A program made the position numbers and the translations under genes. The notes under the pieces are model-generated. The model saw only the letters and a list, made by a program, of their open reading frames with translations. It was not told the DNA's origin and ran no database searches. A stretch of 64,000 bases of DNA, from the NCBI GenBank assembly GCA_965202625.1, contig CBDBBI010000010.1, forward strand, positions 1,728,001 to 1,792,000, read 5' to 3'. Shown here piece by piece: positions 9,996 to 18,914 of this stretch. The DNA is from a bacterium. GTDB taxonomy: Bacteria; UBA8248. Position 1 is the stretch's first letter, and each line of letters opens with the position of its first letter.

Positions 9996-12299
9996 TCACG
10001 CCGGCTTTCGCAACAGCCCCATCGCGATTCTATCCGGCGTCAGGGGCAAATCACGAAACCGGACGCCTGTGGCGTCGTAAATCGCGTTGGCGATGGCCGC
10101 AGCCGTGGGCACGTTCACCTGCTCTCCAGCCCCCTTCGCCCCATAAGGACCGCTCGAGTAGGCGTCCTCCACAATGATGGACGCCACCTGGCTGGGCACG
10201 TCCTGCGAGGTCGGAACGAGGTAGCCGTGCATGTCCGGGTTTTGCATGCGGCCCTCGCACTGCACCACCTCCTCCATCATGCAAAAACCAATCCCCATAT
10301 ACACGCCGCCCTCGACCTGCTGCTCCACGCCCATGGGGCTTATCGCCCTGCCCACGTCATGGGCGGCCCATACGCCGCAAACCTCCACCTCTCCCGTCTC
10401 CGGGTCCACGAGCACCTCCGCAACCTGGCTGCCGAACCCGTATACCTCATACGGATCGCCCAGACCCGTTTCCTCGTCGATCCGCGCGGGCGGCGGAATG
10501 CTGTCCGCCGCGCCCAGCTGCTTGAGTTCATCCGCGACGAACGCCCTCGCAACGTCAGGAAGGGTGACGCTGGCTTCCGGATGCGCGCGCGCGCGAACCA
10601 CGCCGCCGCGCAACTCCAGATCCTCCGGTGCCGCCTCCAGCAAAACGCCGCCCAGACGCAGCAACTCCTCCCGTGCCTTGAGGGAAGCGTTATAGACCGC
10701 CTTCCCCCCCTGCATGGTGATGCGGGAGCTCGAACTGGTACCGCCGAACGGATCGATGGCGGTGTCCACGCTCTCCATCAGAAACTCGGAATAGGGGACG
10801 TCCAGCGTTTCAGAGGCGATTTGGCACAGCACCGTCTTGCTCCCCTGGCCGAAATCCACGACGCCGGCGGCGACCTGGATTTTCCCGTTCGCCGTGAGAA
10901 AGACGCGCGCCTCCGCAGGGGAGTAGGCATTGCCCGTGCCATACAGACAACTCGCCACGCCTTGCCCGCGCAAGCGGCCATCCCCCGATCCGCCGCGGCG
11001 ACTGCCCCCCTCTCTCCAGGACGAGGCTCTCTCCACCTCCCGCAGGGTATCGAGAAAACCGACGCTCTCGGGCAAATGCTGGTTCCATGCGGTTCGGGAG
11101 CCGACCCGCAGTCCGTTGATGCGCCTGATCTCCATGGGGTCGAGGCGCAAGGCTCTGGCGAGCGCGTCCATCTGCTGCTCGCCCGCGAAGTGCACCTGGG
11201 GACATCCAGGCCCGCGCATCTGTCCCCCATAGGGGTGGTTCGTGTGCACGCAGTGCACGTCCACTTTCACGTTGGGCACCCGATACGGACCTGCGGCGTG
11301 GTAGGTCGCGCGTTTGAACGCGGGCGGATTGTCCCCCCCGTTCGCCGCGTACGCCCCCTTGTCCAGCCATATTTCCACCTGAAGCGCCACAAGGCGCCCA
11401 TCGCGCGTCGCCCCCGTCTTCGAACGAATGAAGGCGGCGTGGCGCTTTGAGGAGGAGATCAGGCTCTCCTCGCGAGAGTATGCGAGTTTGACGGGCCTGC
11501 CCGCCGCGTGAGCGAGCGCCGCGGCGCGCAGACACACGTCGAGGCTCGCCTCGCTCTTTCCGCCAAAAGCGCCTCCGGTGACCGTCTGAACGAAGCGAAC
11601 CGCGCCCTCGCCCTTCAGCCCCAGCATTCGGGCGACGTTGCGCCTCACCAGAAACGGCTGCTGGGTGGAGCCCCAGACCTGCATTCCGCCGCCGGGGAGC
11701 GGACTCGCGCAAGCGGCCTCCACCTCAAGGTAGAGATGCTCGACGGAAGGCGTCGAGTATTCGTTCTCGACGATCACGTCGGCGCGCGCGAAACCATCCT
11801 CGACGTCTCCCTTTCTTATTCTGGCCTGGTTGAGAACGTTTCCGCCGGGGAATATCTTCTCCGCCCCGTTCTTCATCGCCTCGCGTGGGTCGGAGACGAC
11901 GGGCAAAGGCCGATATTCGACCTTTATCAGCCGCATCGCCTCCTCGGCCGCCTCCAGCGTCTCCGCCGCGATGAGGGCGACCACCTCGCCCATATAGCGC
12001 ACCCTGTCGTAGGCGATGACGGGCATAGCGCGTTCGTGGGGAATGATACGGGGATGGCCCGGCAGGTCGTCACCCGTGAGAACGGCGACGACGCCGGGGA
12101 CGCGCGAGGCCGCGCGGGCGTCGATGGAGCGTATCTCGGCGTGCGCGCATTCGCTGCGAAGCGCCTTGCCTATCAACATTCCCGAAAGGCGAAGGTCGTC
12201 AAGATAGTCGGCCGCACCGGCCGCCTTTTCAGGATCGTCGAGAAAGGGGAGGGACGCGCCGACTACGGCCGCACCGCCCATGTCTTTGGCCTCCGCCAT
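9996..12299 (-). CDS. Xanthine dehydrogenase family molybdopterin-binding (large) subunit
   Basis: GGAFGGK, MRGPGCPQ, QQVEGG, GAKGAGE motifs; GGGGAGG RBS before ATG 12299. Confidence 0.9.
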   Translation of the reverse strand: MAEAKDMGGAAVVGASLPFLDDPEKAAGAADYLDDLRLSGMLIGKALRSECAHAEIRSIDARAASRVPGVVAVLTGDDLPGHPRIIPHERAMPVIAYDRVRYMGEVVALIAAETLEAAEEAMRLIKVEYRPLPVVSDPREAMKNGAEKIFPGGNVLNQARIRKGDVEDGFARADVIVENEYSTPSVEHLYLEVEAACASPLPGGGMQVWGSTQQPFLVRRNVARMLGLKGEGAVRFVQTVTGGAFGGKSEASLDVCLRAAALAHAAGRPVKLAYSREESLISSSKRHAAFIRSKTGATRDGRLVALQVEIWLDKGAYAANGGDNPPAFKRATYHAAGPYRVPNVKVDVHCVHTNHPYGGQMRGPGCPQVHFAGEQQMDALARALRLDPMEIRRINGLRVGSRTAWNQHLPESVGFLDTLREVERASSWREGGSRRGGSGDGRLRGQGVASCLYGTGNAYSPAEARVFLTANGKIQVAAGVVDFGQGSKTVLCQIASETLDVPYSEFLMESVDTAIDPFGGTSSSSRITMQGGKAVYNASLKAREELLRLGGVLLEAAPEDLELRGGVVRARAHPEASVTLPDVARAFVADELKQLGAADSIPPPARIDEETGLGDPYEVYGFGSQVAEVLVDPETGEVEVCGVWAAHDVGRAISPMGVEQQVEGGVYMGIGFCMMEEVVQCEGRMQNPDMHGYLVPTSQDVPSQVASIIVEDAYSSGPYGAKGAGEQVNVPTAAAIANAIYDATGVRFRDLPLTPDRIAMGLLRKPA

Positions 12300-12371
12300 G
12301 GAACATCCTCCCCGCATGAACAATACTCGCTAATTTACACGCTCCTCCACCGTTTGTCTATGAAATCGGCG

Positions 12372-12458
12372 GTGCGGGCCAATCCTTGCGGAGAGTATGC
12401 GTTGCGGGCGAACGCTTGCGAGAGCGTGCGGTGCGCAATCCTTTTGCGAGGGTGTGAG
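12372..12458. repeat. Three degenerate tandem repeats of about 29 bp
   Basis: gtgcgggccaatccttgcggagagtatgcg / ttgcgggcgaacgcttgcgagagcgtgcg / gtgcgcaatccttttgcgagggtgtgag. Confidence 0.4.
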
Positions 12459-12470
12459 ACAAGTCGTGTG

Positions 12471-12555
12471 GAGAGGATGGAACGCAAGATCGTTCCCATC
12501 GTCGCCGGATTCGGCCTCGCCTCTTGGCCGGACTCGGAGACGCCCGGGCCGCCGA
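12471..12555 (+). pseudogene. Relic duplicate of the 5' end (signal peptide) of the binding-protein gene at 7093
   Basis: ATG 12477 gives MERKIVPIVAGFGLA vs MKRKIVTIVAGFGLA; DNA similarity continues past a frameshift to gccgccgag, then ends. Confidence 0.75.
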
Positions 12556-12929
12556 GAGGCGGGCGGCTCAATGAGGAGAGCGGCGAGTGGAATACGCTTT
12601 CAGAACGCGAAATTCTATTCGCGCAAACGAGAAGCATATGAAAATTCGTGTACATTTACGACGCTTATCGAAAGTTTCAAGAATGATTCAGGAGTTATGC
12701 ACTGAACTATGCAAATAAAGACGTCCGCAATTGCTTGTTTTTTTCGGTAAGTTCCAGTCTGAACCGCTCTGTTCCGATTTTCCGCCGCACCCCGATACCC
12801 TCTCCCTCAAGTAGCGCCTCCATTCATTCCATTCCCTGAATTTTGAAACTTTTTCTCCGGGTCGGTGTAAATCTCGGCTTCTTTTTGTAGACGGATAAGC
12901 TTGCATAAAATTGCTCAGAGTTCCAACGC

Positions 12930-13359
12930 TTTTCCCATCCTACAGTATGAAGCATGTCGTTGCTTATTCCGCCATAAAATATTCTTCAATGACAATATAT
13001 CTCGTGTTCTTATTATGCAGTCTACCAATGGAATATCTAACCGGCGGCTTGCCCTCAGCCAATAGGCAAACGGACTGAACAGAGCGGTGAATCGAAAGCG
13101 GAACGGGGCCAAAATGTCGACAAGTGGATTCCACTCCTTCATCAAGACTTCAACGGCATCGACAATTTCGGAAACTGTATTCTAAATCCGTCCTATTCTT
13201 TAGTTTATACAATAATTCGCCAATTTCCGATCGTCGTGTATTGAATCGTGGGTGTTCACATTCATCAGCTCCAATTTTGATGATGCTCAACGTATGAAGA
13301 ACAAGGGCGAATCCCTCTCTTCATTTTCCTACTATTTTTTGCCGGACGAACTTAGTCAT
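12930..13359 (-). pseudogene. Degraded ComF-family phosphoribosyltransferase-like gene
   Basis: AGGAG RBS, then MTKFVRQKIVGK*REGFALVLHTLS...HPRFNTRRSEIGELLYKLK; other frames give TVSEIVDAVEVLMKEWNPLVD, PVPLSIHRSVQSVCLLAE and SRRLDIPLVDCIIRTRDI; one stop, several frameshifts, C-terminal PRPP loop not seen. Confidence 0.55.
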
Positions 13360-13410
13360 TATGTCTCCTGCGTCGTGACTTTGGTCAAGATACTTCATCA
13401 CTATAATACT

Positions 13411-13440
13411 TTGTCAAATTTACATAGTTAAGTTTATAAT
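13411..13440 (+). promoter_or_regulatory. Putative sigma70 promoter for the DinB-like and OsmC-like genes
   Basis: TTGTCA-N18-TATAAT. Confidence 0.45.
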
Positions 13441-13513
13441 TCTCAAAATTTTCGCTTCTTGATTTATCCTGCATTCCCTGTTCGTCCCGCGCCCACCCGG
13501 AGGAGTCCCGAGG

Positions 13514-14185
13514 ATGGAGGAACGAAAGAATTCAGCACGTGCGCTCTTTCCCGCGTATCCGCAAGTCGTTGAATTATTTACGCAAGAGACGCTCGACCTG
13601 CGCGAGGCGACTCTTCTGAGAAGAAGAGAGGAGAAAGCCTGGGGCTTGTGGTCCATCCAGGATCAGGTGAGTCACGTAGCCTCCCTGCCCTATCGGTGGT
13701 TGCTGGTGCGCTGGGGGGCCGTTCTGTTTGGCGACGACTTGCCGCGCGAGACGAAACTGCTCGACAGATTCGACGATCGCATGATGAAAAGGGAATATTA
13801 TCCAAAAATTCAAGGACTTATCAACGTCATGCGAGATTCGTTCTCACTCGCTTGGGAGGTGCTGGGTGCTGAATCGACCAAATCCATTCGGGACGAGCGC
13901 AACGTTTCCGAGCGCGTATCCGTGGGTATGAGGCGGCCCGGAACCAACGAGGACGTTCGCAAGTGGCGGGAAAACGTAACTCTCAAGGCGCATTCCACCG
14001 GCGTATGGATCGATCCGCATGACGCAGAGCTGTTTCGTTATAATCTAGAATACACGTTTCGCCACATGCTTTGGGAGGCGTATGCCCATCTCAAAACCAT
14101 TCAGATGCACAAAAAAGAGGAAAACATGAAACCCATCGGCAGAATTCCCCAAGATGGGTACATCTCCGTGCTGAAATGGGAGTAA
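13514..14185 (+). CDS. DinB/YfiT-like protein (putative)
   Basis: WSIQDQVSHVA and FRHMLWEAYAHLKTI resemble DinB His-bearing helices; GGAGGAG RBS. Confidence 0.6.
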   Translation: MEERKNSARALFPAYPQVVELFTQETLDLREATLLRRREEKAWGLWSIQDQVSHVASLPYRWLLVRWGAVLFGDDLPRETKLLDRFDDRMMKREYYPKIQGLINVMRDSFSLAWEVLGAESTKSIRDERNVSERVSVGMRRPGTNEDVRKWRENVTLKAHSTGVWIDPHDAELFRYNLEYTFRHMLWEAYAHLKTIQMHKKEENMKPIGRIPQDGYISVLKWE

Positions 14186-14253
14186 CTCTAATGATGAACA
14201 ACAATTTGCGAGCACTAAAATCTGCATCCCCTAACCTTGAGGGACGGACAAAC

Positions 14254-14814
14254 ATGGTGGAAAACCCGAACTATCCTTGGCATGAGAGCACCACGCCCGG
14301 TGAGAGGCCGATTGACAAGCCTGAACTTCCAAAAGACGGCTACGAGATCACCATGCTCGCCGAAACAGAGAAGATGGACGACGGACAACTGAAAATCGGT
14401 CGATTCCGACATTTTAAGGTTTTCAGCGATGAACCGCCTCGCATCGGAGGAGAAGATAGATATCCCCAGCCCCTCACCTATATCGCCATGGGGGTTGGCT
14501 TCTGACTGTTGACCCAGATGGGGCGGTACGCCCACATGACGAAAACAACCTTTGAAAAAGCCGCCTGTCGTGTTGAGTTTGATTATTTTCTAAAGGGTTC
14601 TGTACTGAAAGGAGACGTCCATTCGGGGTGCCGAGGGGTTCGGACGCACTTTAAGGTGGAATCCAGCGAACCGGAAGAGAAAATCCTTGCTATCATTCGG
14701 CTGGCGAAACAAGGCTGCTACGCCGAGCAGATGGTGCAAACAGCGGTTCCGCTCACAAGCACCGTCGAATTGAACGGTAAAAGCATTACGTTGACAGGAA
14801 TCACGACAAATTGA
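14254..14814 (+). CDS. OsmC-like selenoprotein (Sec at TGA 14503-14505, residue 84)
   Basis: Two in-frame ORFs separated by one TGA: SDEPPRIGGEDRYPQPLTYIAMGVGF-U-LLTQ...QGCYAEQ; the TGA occupies the first conserved OsmC Cys position; hairpin downstream. Confidence 0.85.
14518..14537 (+). promoter_or_regulatory. Bacterial SECIS-like hairpin of the OsmC-like gene
   Basis: ATG-GGGCG-[GTA]-CGCCC-A-CAT after a 12-nt spacer from the TGA; G-initiated apical loop. Confidence 0.65.
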
Positions 14815-14942
14815 AACCAGCACGCGATTCTACAGGCTAAAACCGAGTGCGACCGATGCGCGTCATCCAACAAACCATGGCACCAGACGCACACAGATAT
14901 GTGCACTGAATATCCTACAAACGCTTTACTCTTTCGATTCTC

Positions 14943-15018
<76 letters not shown>

Positions 15019-15212
15019 ACCATGTAGAGAAACGCCTGATGAGCAAAGCGTATTTCTTATCGGCCAATTTTTCCCTGCAAGGCAATCTTTTCTATATACC
15101 TAAGCAAGAACGGGGAAATTCTAAAACCTCCCATCATGAAGGTCAACGTAGAAACGCCCATCGCTCCCATATCCGACTTGATGCGAGGGAAGCTCTCTCC
15201 TATGGTAAAAGC

Positions 15213-16231
15213 ATGTTGACCCGCTCTTCATTCCCCGTGGGCAAGCTCCCCCCAGACATACTGGAGGTTTTATTCCAAAAGGCAGACCCTCATTCGCGCC
15301 TCATCGTGGGTCCGCAGATTGGGGAAGACACAACCTCATCGACATCGGAGATCGTTATCTAGTCGCCAAATCAGACCCCACTATATTCGTAGGGAGTCAT
15401 ATCGGACGTTACGCCGCTCACGTGAACGATGTCGCTTGTATGGGCGGACACCCCCCCCTGTGGTTCCTGATGACGCTGTTGCTGCCCGATGGACGCACCA
15501 GCGAGGCGATGGTAAACCGGATTTGGAAAGAGGCGCAAGACGCTTGCCCTGAATCTGGGGATCGCCATATGCGGCAGACACACGGAGAGCACGTCGGGGC
15601 TGAAATTCCCGATTCTTTCCAGCCACATGACATGTTGGGGGAAATCGCCAAGGAAAAATTCATTCGGAGCGCGAACGCCCGCGTGGACGACATCATTCTA
15701 CTCACCCGCCCCATACCGTGGAAGGAACGGCGATCTTGACAAACTCTACATACGATTGTTTGAAAAACGTTCTCGACATGGAGATATTAGAGAGCGCGAA
15801 AAGATATCTTGATTCTCCGAGCATCAGCGTAGTGGCGCAAGCGGCTTGCAGCGTCTGAAACACGACGCGCTCACGCCATACATGGACCCGACCGAAGGGG
15901 CCCTCGCCACAGGCACCTATGAGCTGGCCGTAACCCCTAGTCTCGGAGCAACCGTGGAGGAAAGCAAGATTCCCATCTCTTTTGAGAGCGGAAAAATTTG
16001 CGAAGTGTTGGGGCTCGACCCGTTGAGGGTCATCACCTCGGGGGCGCTTCTGTTGACACTTACAGCCAAGGAGAAGGAAATTTTCCGAAAAACGCTAATA
16101 GAAAAGCGAGTGCGATGGGAGTTCACATAGGCAGGTTATGTGCGCCTGAATGCGGGGTGACGATTCAATGCAGAGGAATATCCTCTCCCCTGTAGCACTT
16201 CCACACCGATGAAATCTCAAAAATCATTTAG
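15213..16231 (+). pseudogene. AIR synthase/HypE (PurM-like) family pseudogene
   Basis: Fragments across frames: GKLPPDIL..VGPQIGED / LIDIGDRYLVAKSDP..VNDVACMGG / LGIAICGRHTE / DPTEGALAT..LGLDPLRVITSGALL; several frameshifts and a stop. Confidence 0.8.
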
Positions 16232-16241
16232 AAAGATAAAG

Positions 16242-16831
16242 ATGAATCGAGCCATGAGGGGCGTGTTGCTCGATTTCGACGGCACGCTCACAAAACCCGC
16301 ATTTGATTGGCCCACTATGAAAAAGGAGATGAAATTACCGGATGAAAACGTATCGATTTTAGACCATCTCGTCAGCCTATCTCCTGAACGCGTACGTGAA
16401 ACATCGAGCATACTAGAAAAATATGAGCGCGAAGCCGCCAACAACGCGGAAGCCAACGAAGGCGCCCATGAACTGATCGCGCGCACCTGCGAATCGAAAA
16501 AATTCCCTTTGCGGTCGTGACAAACAACGCGGAGCGGCAGGTCCTAGAAATGGCGAAAAAAATAGATATAGAGTTCGAGGTTCTGATCACGCGAGATATG
16601 GGATATTAGAAGCCAGACCCGAAACCCCTCCTTGCAGGCGCTGCGGCCATCGGCGTAGCACACCCAGTGAATGTATCGTCATCGGAGACGGGAAATACGA
16701 CGTTGATGGCCGCCAAAGCGGCGGGAATGTTGTCCGTTCATCTGTGCGCATCCCCTTCGACACCCAGTGATTTCACCCTTTCCCATCTACTTGAGGCTCC
16801 CGCGCTTATCAAGCAACTCATTGAAAAGTAA
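16242..16831 (+). pseudogene. HAD-family hydrolase pseudogene
   Basis: DFDGTL motif I; after a frameshift VVTNN, TRDMGY*KPDPKPL; then IGDGKYD...AAKAAGM. Confidence 0.8.
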
Positions 16832-17377
16832 AGATTTGGGGCACGCCTCCTCAGAGACATGCCCCATGATGGAAGGAATTTGCCTAAGTTCAGGCAAACC
16901 TTTTGGCGAGATGTCAGTGCATCAGCATCAGGGGATCCCTCTGCTGATCACCGGAAAGGAAAGGCCCCTATCTCAAGGGACCATTGAAGGCCGATGACGC
17001 TTCACACCCTTATTATATGCACGAAACGTGCCAAAATAGACTCTTTTGCCGCATACAATCCACTAATCTCCTAATCATAAACGTATCAGTAATATACCGC
17101 CCATAACCGGGCGCGAAAACTCCGCTAAGGTGCCTTAGATTTCTGACGTTCACTCGCTTAATTTGACTATTTTTCGGGAATACAACGCCAGAATTTGACA
17201 AAATGTCAATTTTCAGTGGGGAGGGATGAGATGAAAAACGCGCTCCGATAACGACGCCACAAGAAAAAGCCTTTTGACTTTATCGAAAAATCGCGTCTGT
17301 CTTTTGATAGAAATTTACGCATATCTGCGAATAATCCGGTGGCAATCACCTACGCAGACGTTACGGATACTTCCGCA

Positions 17378-18880
17378 TTACCTGAAGCTGGCCACCGTTC
17401 CTTGCGCCGCGTCCAGAAAACTGCCCGGAAACAGGCCGAGCAACAGCGTCGCCACCACCAGTGCCACTAAGGCGAAGAGAAGTGAAGGGGCGTTCGAGAA
17501 GCGCACCGTCTCTTGGTGCTCGCTCCGATTTTCCATGAACATCACCATGATGATGCGCCCATAGTAATACATCGAGACCGCGCTCATAAGAAGGCCGATC
17601 ACAGCGAGCCAGTAATACTCATTCTCCACGGCCGCGGCGAACAAGTAGAGTTTGCCGACGAAACCGGCCGTCGGCGGCATTCCGCCCAGCGAGAGCAGAA
17701 ACACCACGAAGGCCATGCCCGCCCAAGGGTGGGCCTGCCCAACCCCCTTCCAGTCCTCGATGTTGTCTCCCCGATAGCCCTCCCTGCATGCCAAAATTAG
17801 CATACCAAAGGCACCCAAGTTGGTGAACAGGTAGGCGAGCAAATAAAAGGCCACCGCGCTTATCCCTATGGAACTGAACGTCACCTTGCCGTCCAAAACG
17901 CTCGTGGAGACCACAACACCCATCAGAACGTAACCCGCATGACCGATACTCGAATACGCCAGCATTCTTTTGAGGCTCGTCTGGGCGATGGCCGCCACGT
18001 TCCCCCAAACCATTGTGAACGCCGTCAGCGCCCACAGGAGGGCGTTCCACTCCTCGGCCATGGCAGGAAATGCCAGAAAGAAGATGCGCATCAGGGCAGC
18101 CACGGTCGCGAGTTTCACAGCCACGGACATGAAGCCTGTAATCGGAGTCGGTGCACCGGTGTAGGCGTCCGGCAGCCACATATGAAACGGCGCCAGCGCC
18201 AGTTTGAATCCGAAACCCACCACTAAAAAAATGAGGCCAAGAATCATCACCGGACTCTGCGCGATCGCCGCACTCTCGGCGGCGGAAAAAACCTCTGCGA
18301 TTCCATGAATTGAGGTCGTTCCCGTGAGGCCATACGCCAGTGCCATGCCATACAACAAAACGCCAGAAGCGAAAGCGCCCATCAGGAAATACTTGAGTCC
18401 GGCCTCTCGGCTCAACGGATCATGCCGCATGAACGCCACGAGCACGTAAATGCTAATGCTCATCGTCTCAAGTCCCAAATAGATCGTGAGCAAATCGTTT
18501 CCCGACGCCATCACGAGCATACCGAACACGGAAAAGAGCAGCATCGCGTATAATTCACCGTAGTTGATCTTCTCCACCCTGGCGTAGCGAAGCAGCAAGA
18601 GAATAGAGATGGCCGCGCAGACGAGCACGCAAACCTTCACGAAAACGCTCAAATTATCGACCACATAAAAGCCGTTGAACGTCGTCCGCGCGCCCTCCCC
18701 CCATTGTCCGAAAGCGACCAGCATCAGGAGGAGCACCCCCACGAACGCCATGACGCCTACGCGGACCTTGTTCTCAATCGCCACGAACAGATCGAGAATG
18801 AGCACCAGACAGATAAGTATGGCTAGCCCTATCTCGGGCGCCGCCAGGGACAAGGCGATGTCGGGAATCACCACTTCCAT
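17378..18880 (-). CDS. nuoN: NADH-quinone oxidoreductase subunit N (10-gene operon)
   Basis: EAGLKYFLMGA, FKLALAPFHMWLPDAY, KRMLAYSSIGHAGY. Confidence 0.95.
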   Translation of the reverse strand: MEVVIPDIALSLAAPEIGLAILICLVLILDLFVAIENKVRVGVMAFVGVLLLMLVAFGQWGEGARTTFNGFYVVDNLSVFVKVCVLVCAAISILLLLRYARVEKINYGELYAMLLFSVFGMLVMASGNDLLTIYLGLETMSISIYVLVAFMRHDPLSREAGLKYFLMGAFASGVLLYGMALAYGLTGTTSIHGIAEVFSAAESAAIAQSPVMILGLIFLVVGFGFKLALAPFHMWLPDAYTGAPTPITGFMSVAVKLATVAALMRIFFLAFPAMAEEWNALLWALTAFTMVWGNVAAIAQTSLKRMLAYSSIGHAGYVLMGVVVSTSVLDGKVTFSSIGISAVAFYLLAYLFTNLGAFGMLILACREGYRGDNIEDWKGVGQAHPWAGMAFVVFLLSLGGMPPTAGFVGKLYLFAAAVENEYYWLAVIGLLMSAVSMYYYGRIIMVMFMENRSEHQETVRFSNAPSLLFALVALVVATLLLGLFPGSFLDAAQGTVASFR

Positions 18881-18914
18881 GAGAAAGACTCCATCAAATC
18901 AGGCGCACCGCATT

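Noticed and set aside
12372-12458. Degenerate repeats as a CRISPR array
   Set aside because: Repeats are adjacent with no spacers, poorly conserved, and no cas genes are present
15213-16231. PurM-fold pseudogene as selenophosphate synthetase SelD
   Set aside because: No Cys/Sec-x-x-Lys N-terminal motif; fragments fit the generic AIR-synthase-like family
16242-16831. Internal stop in the HAD gene as a recoding site
   Set aside because: The stop is TAG, frameshifts accompany it, and no SECIS-like hairpin follows; ordinary decay
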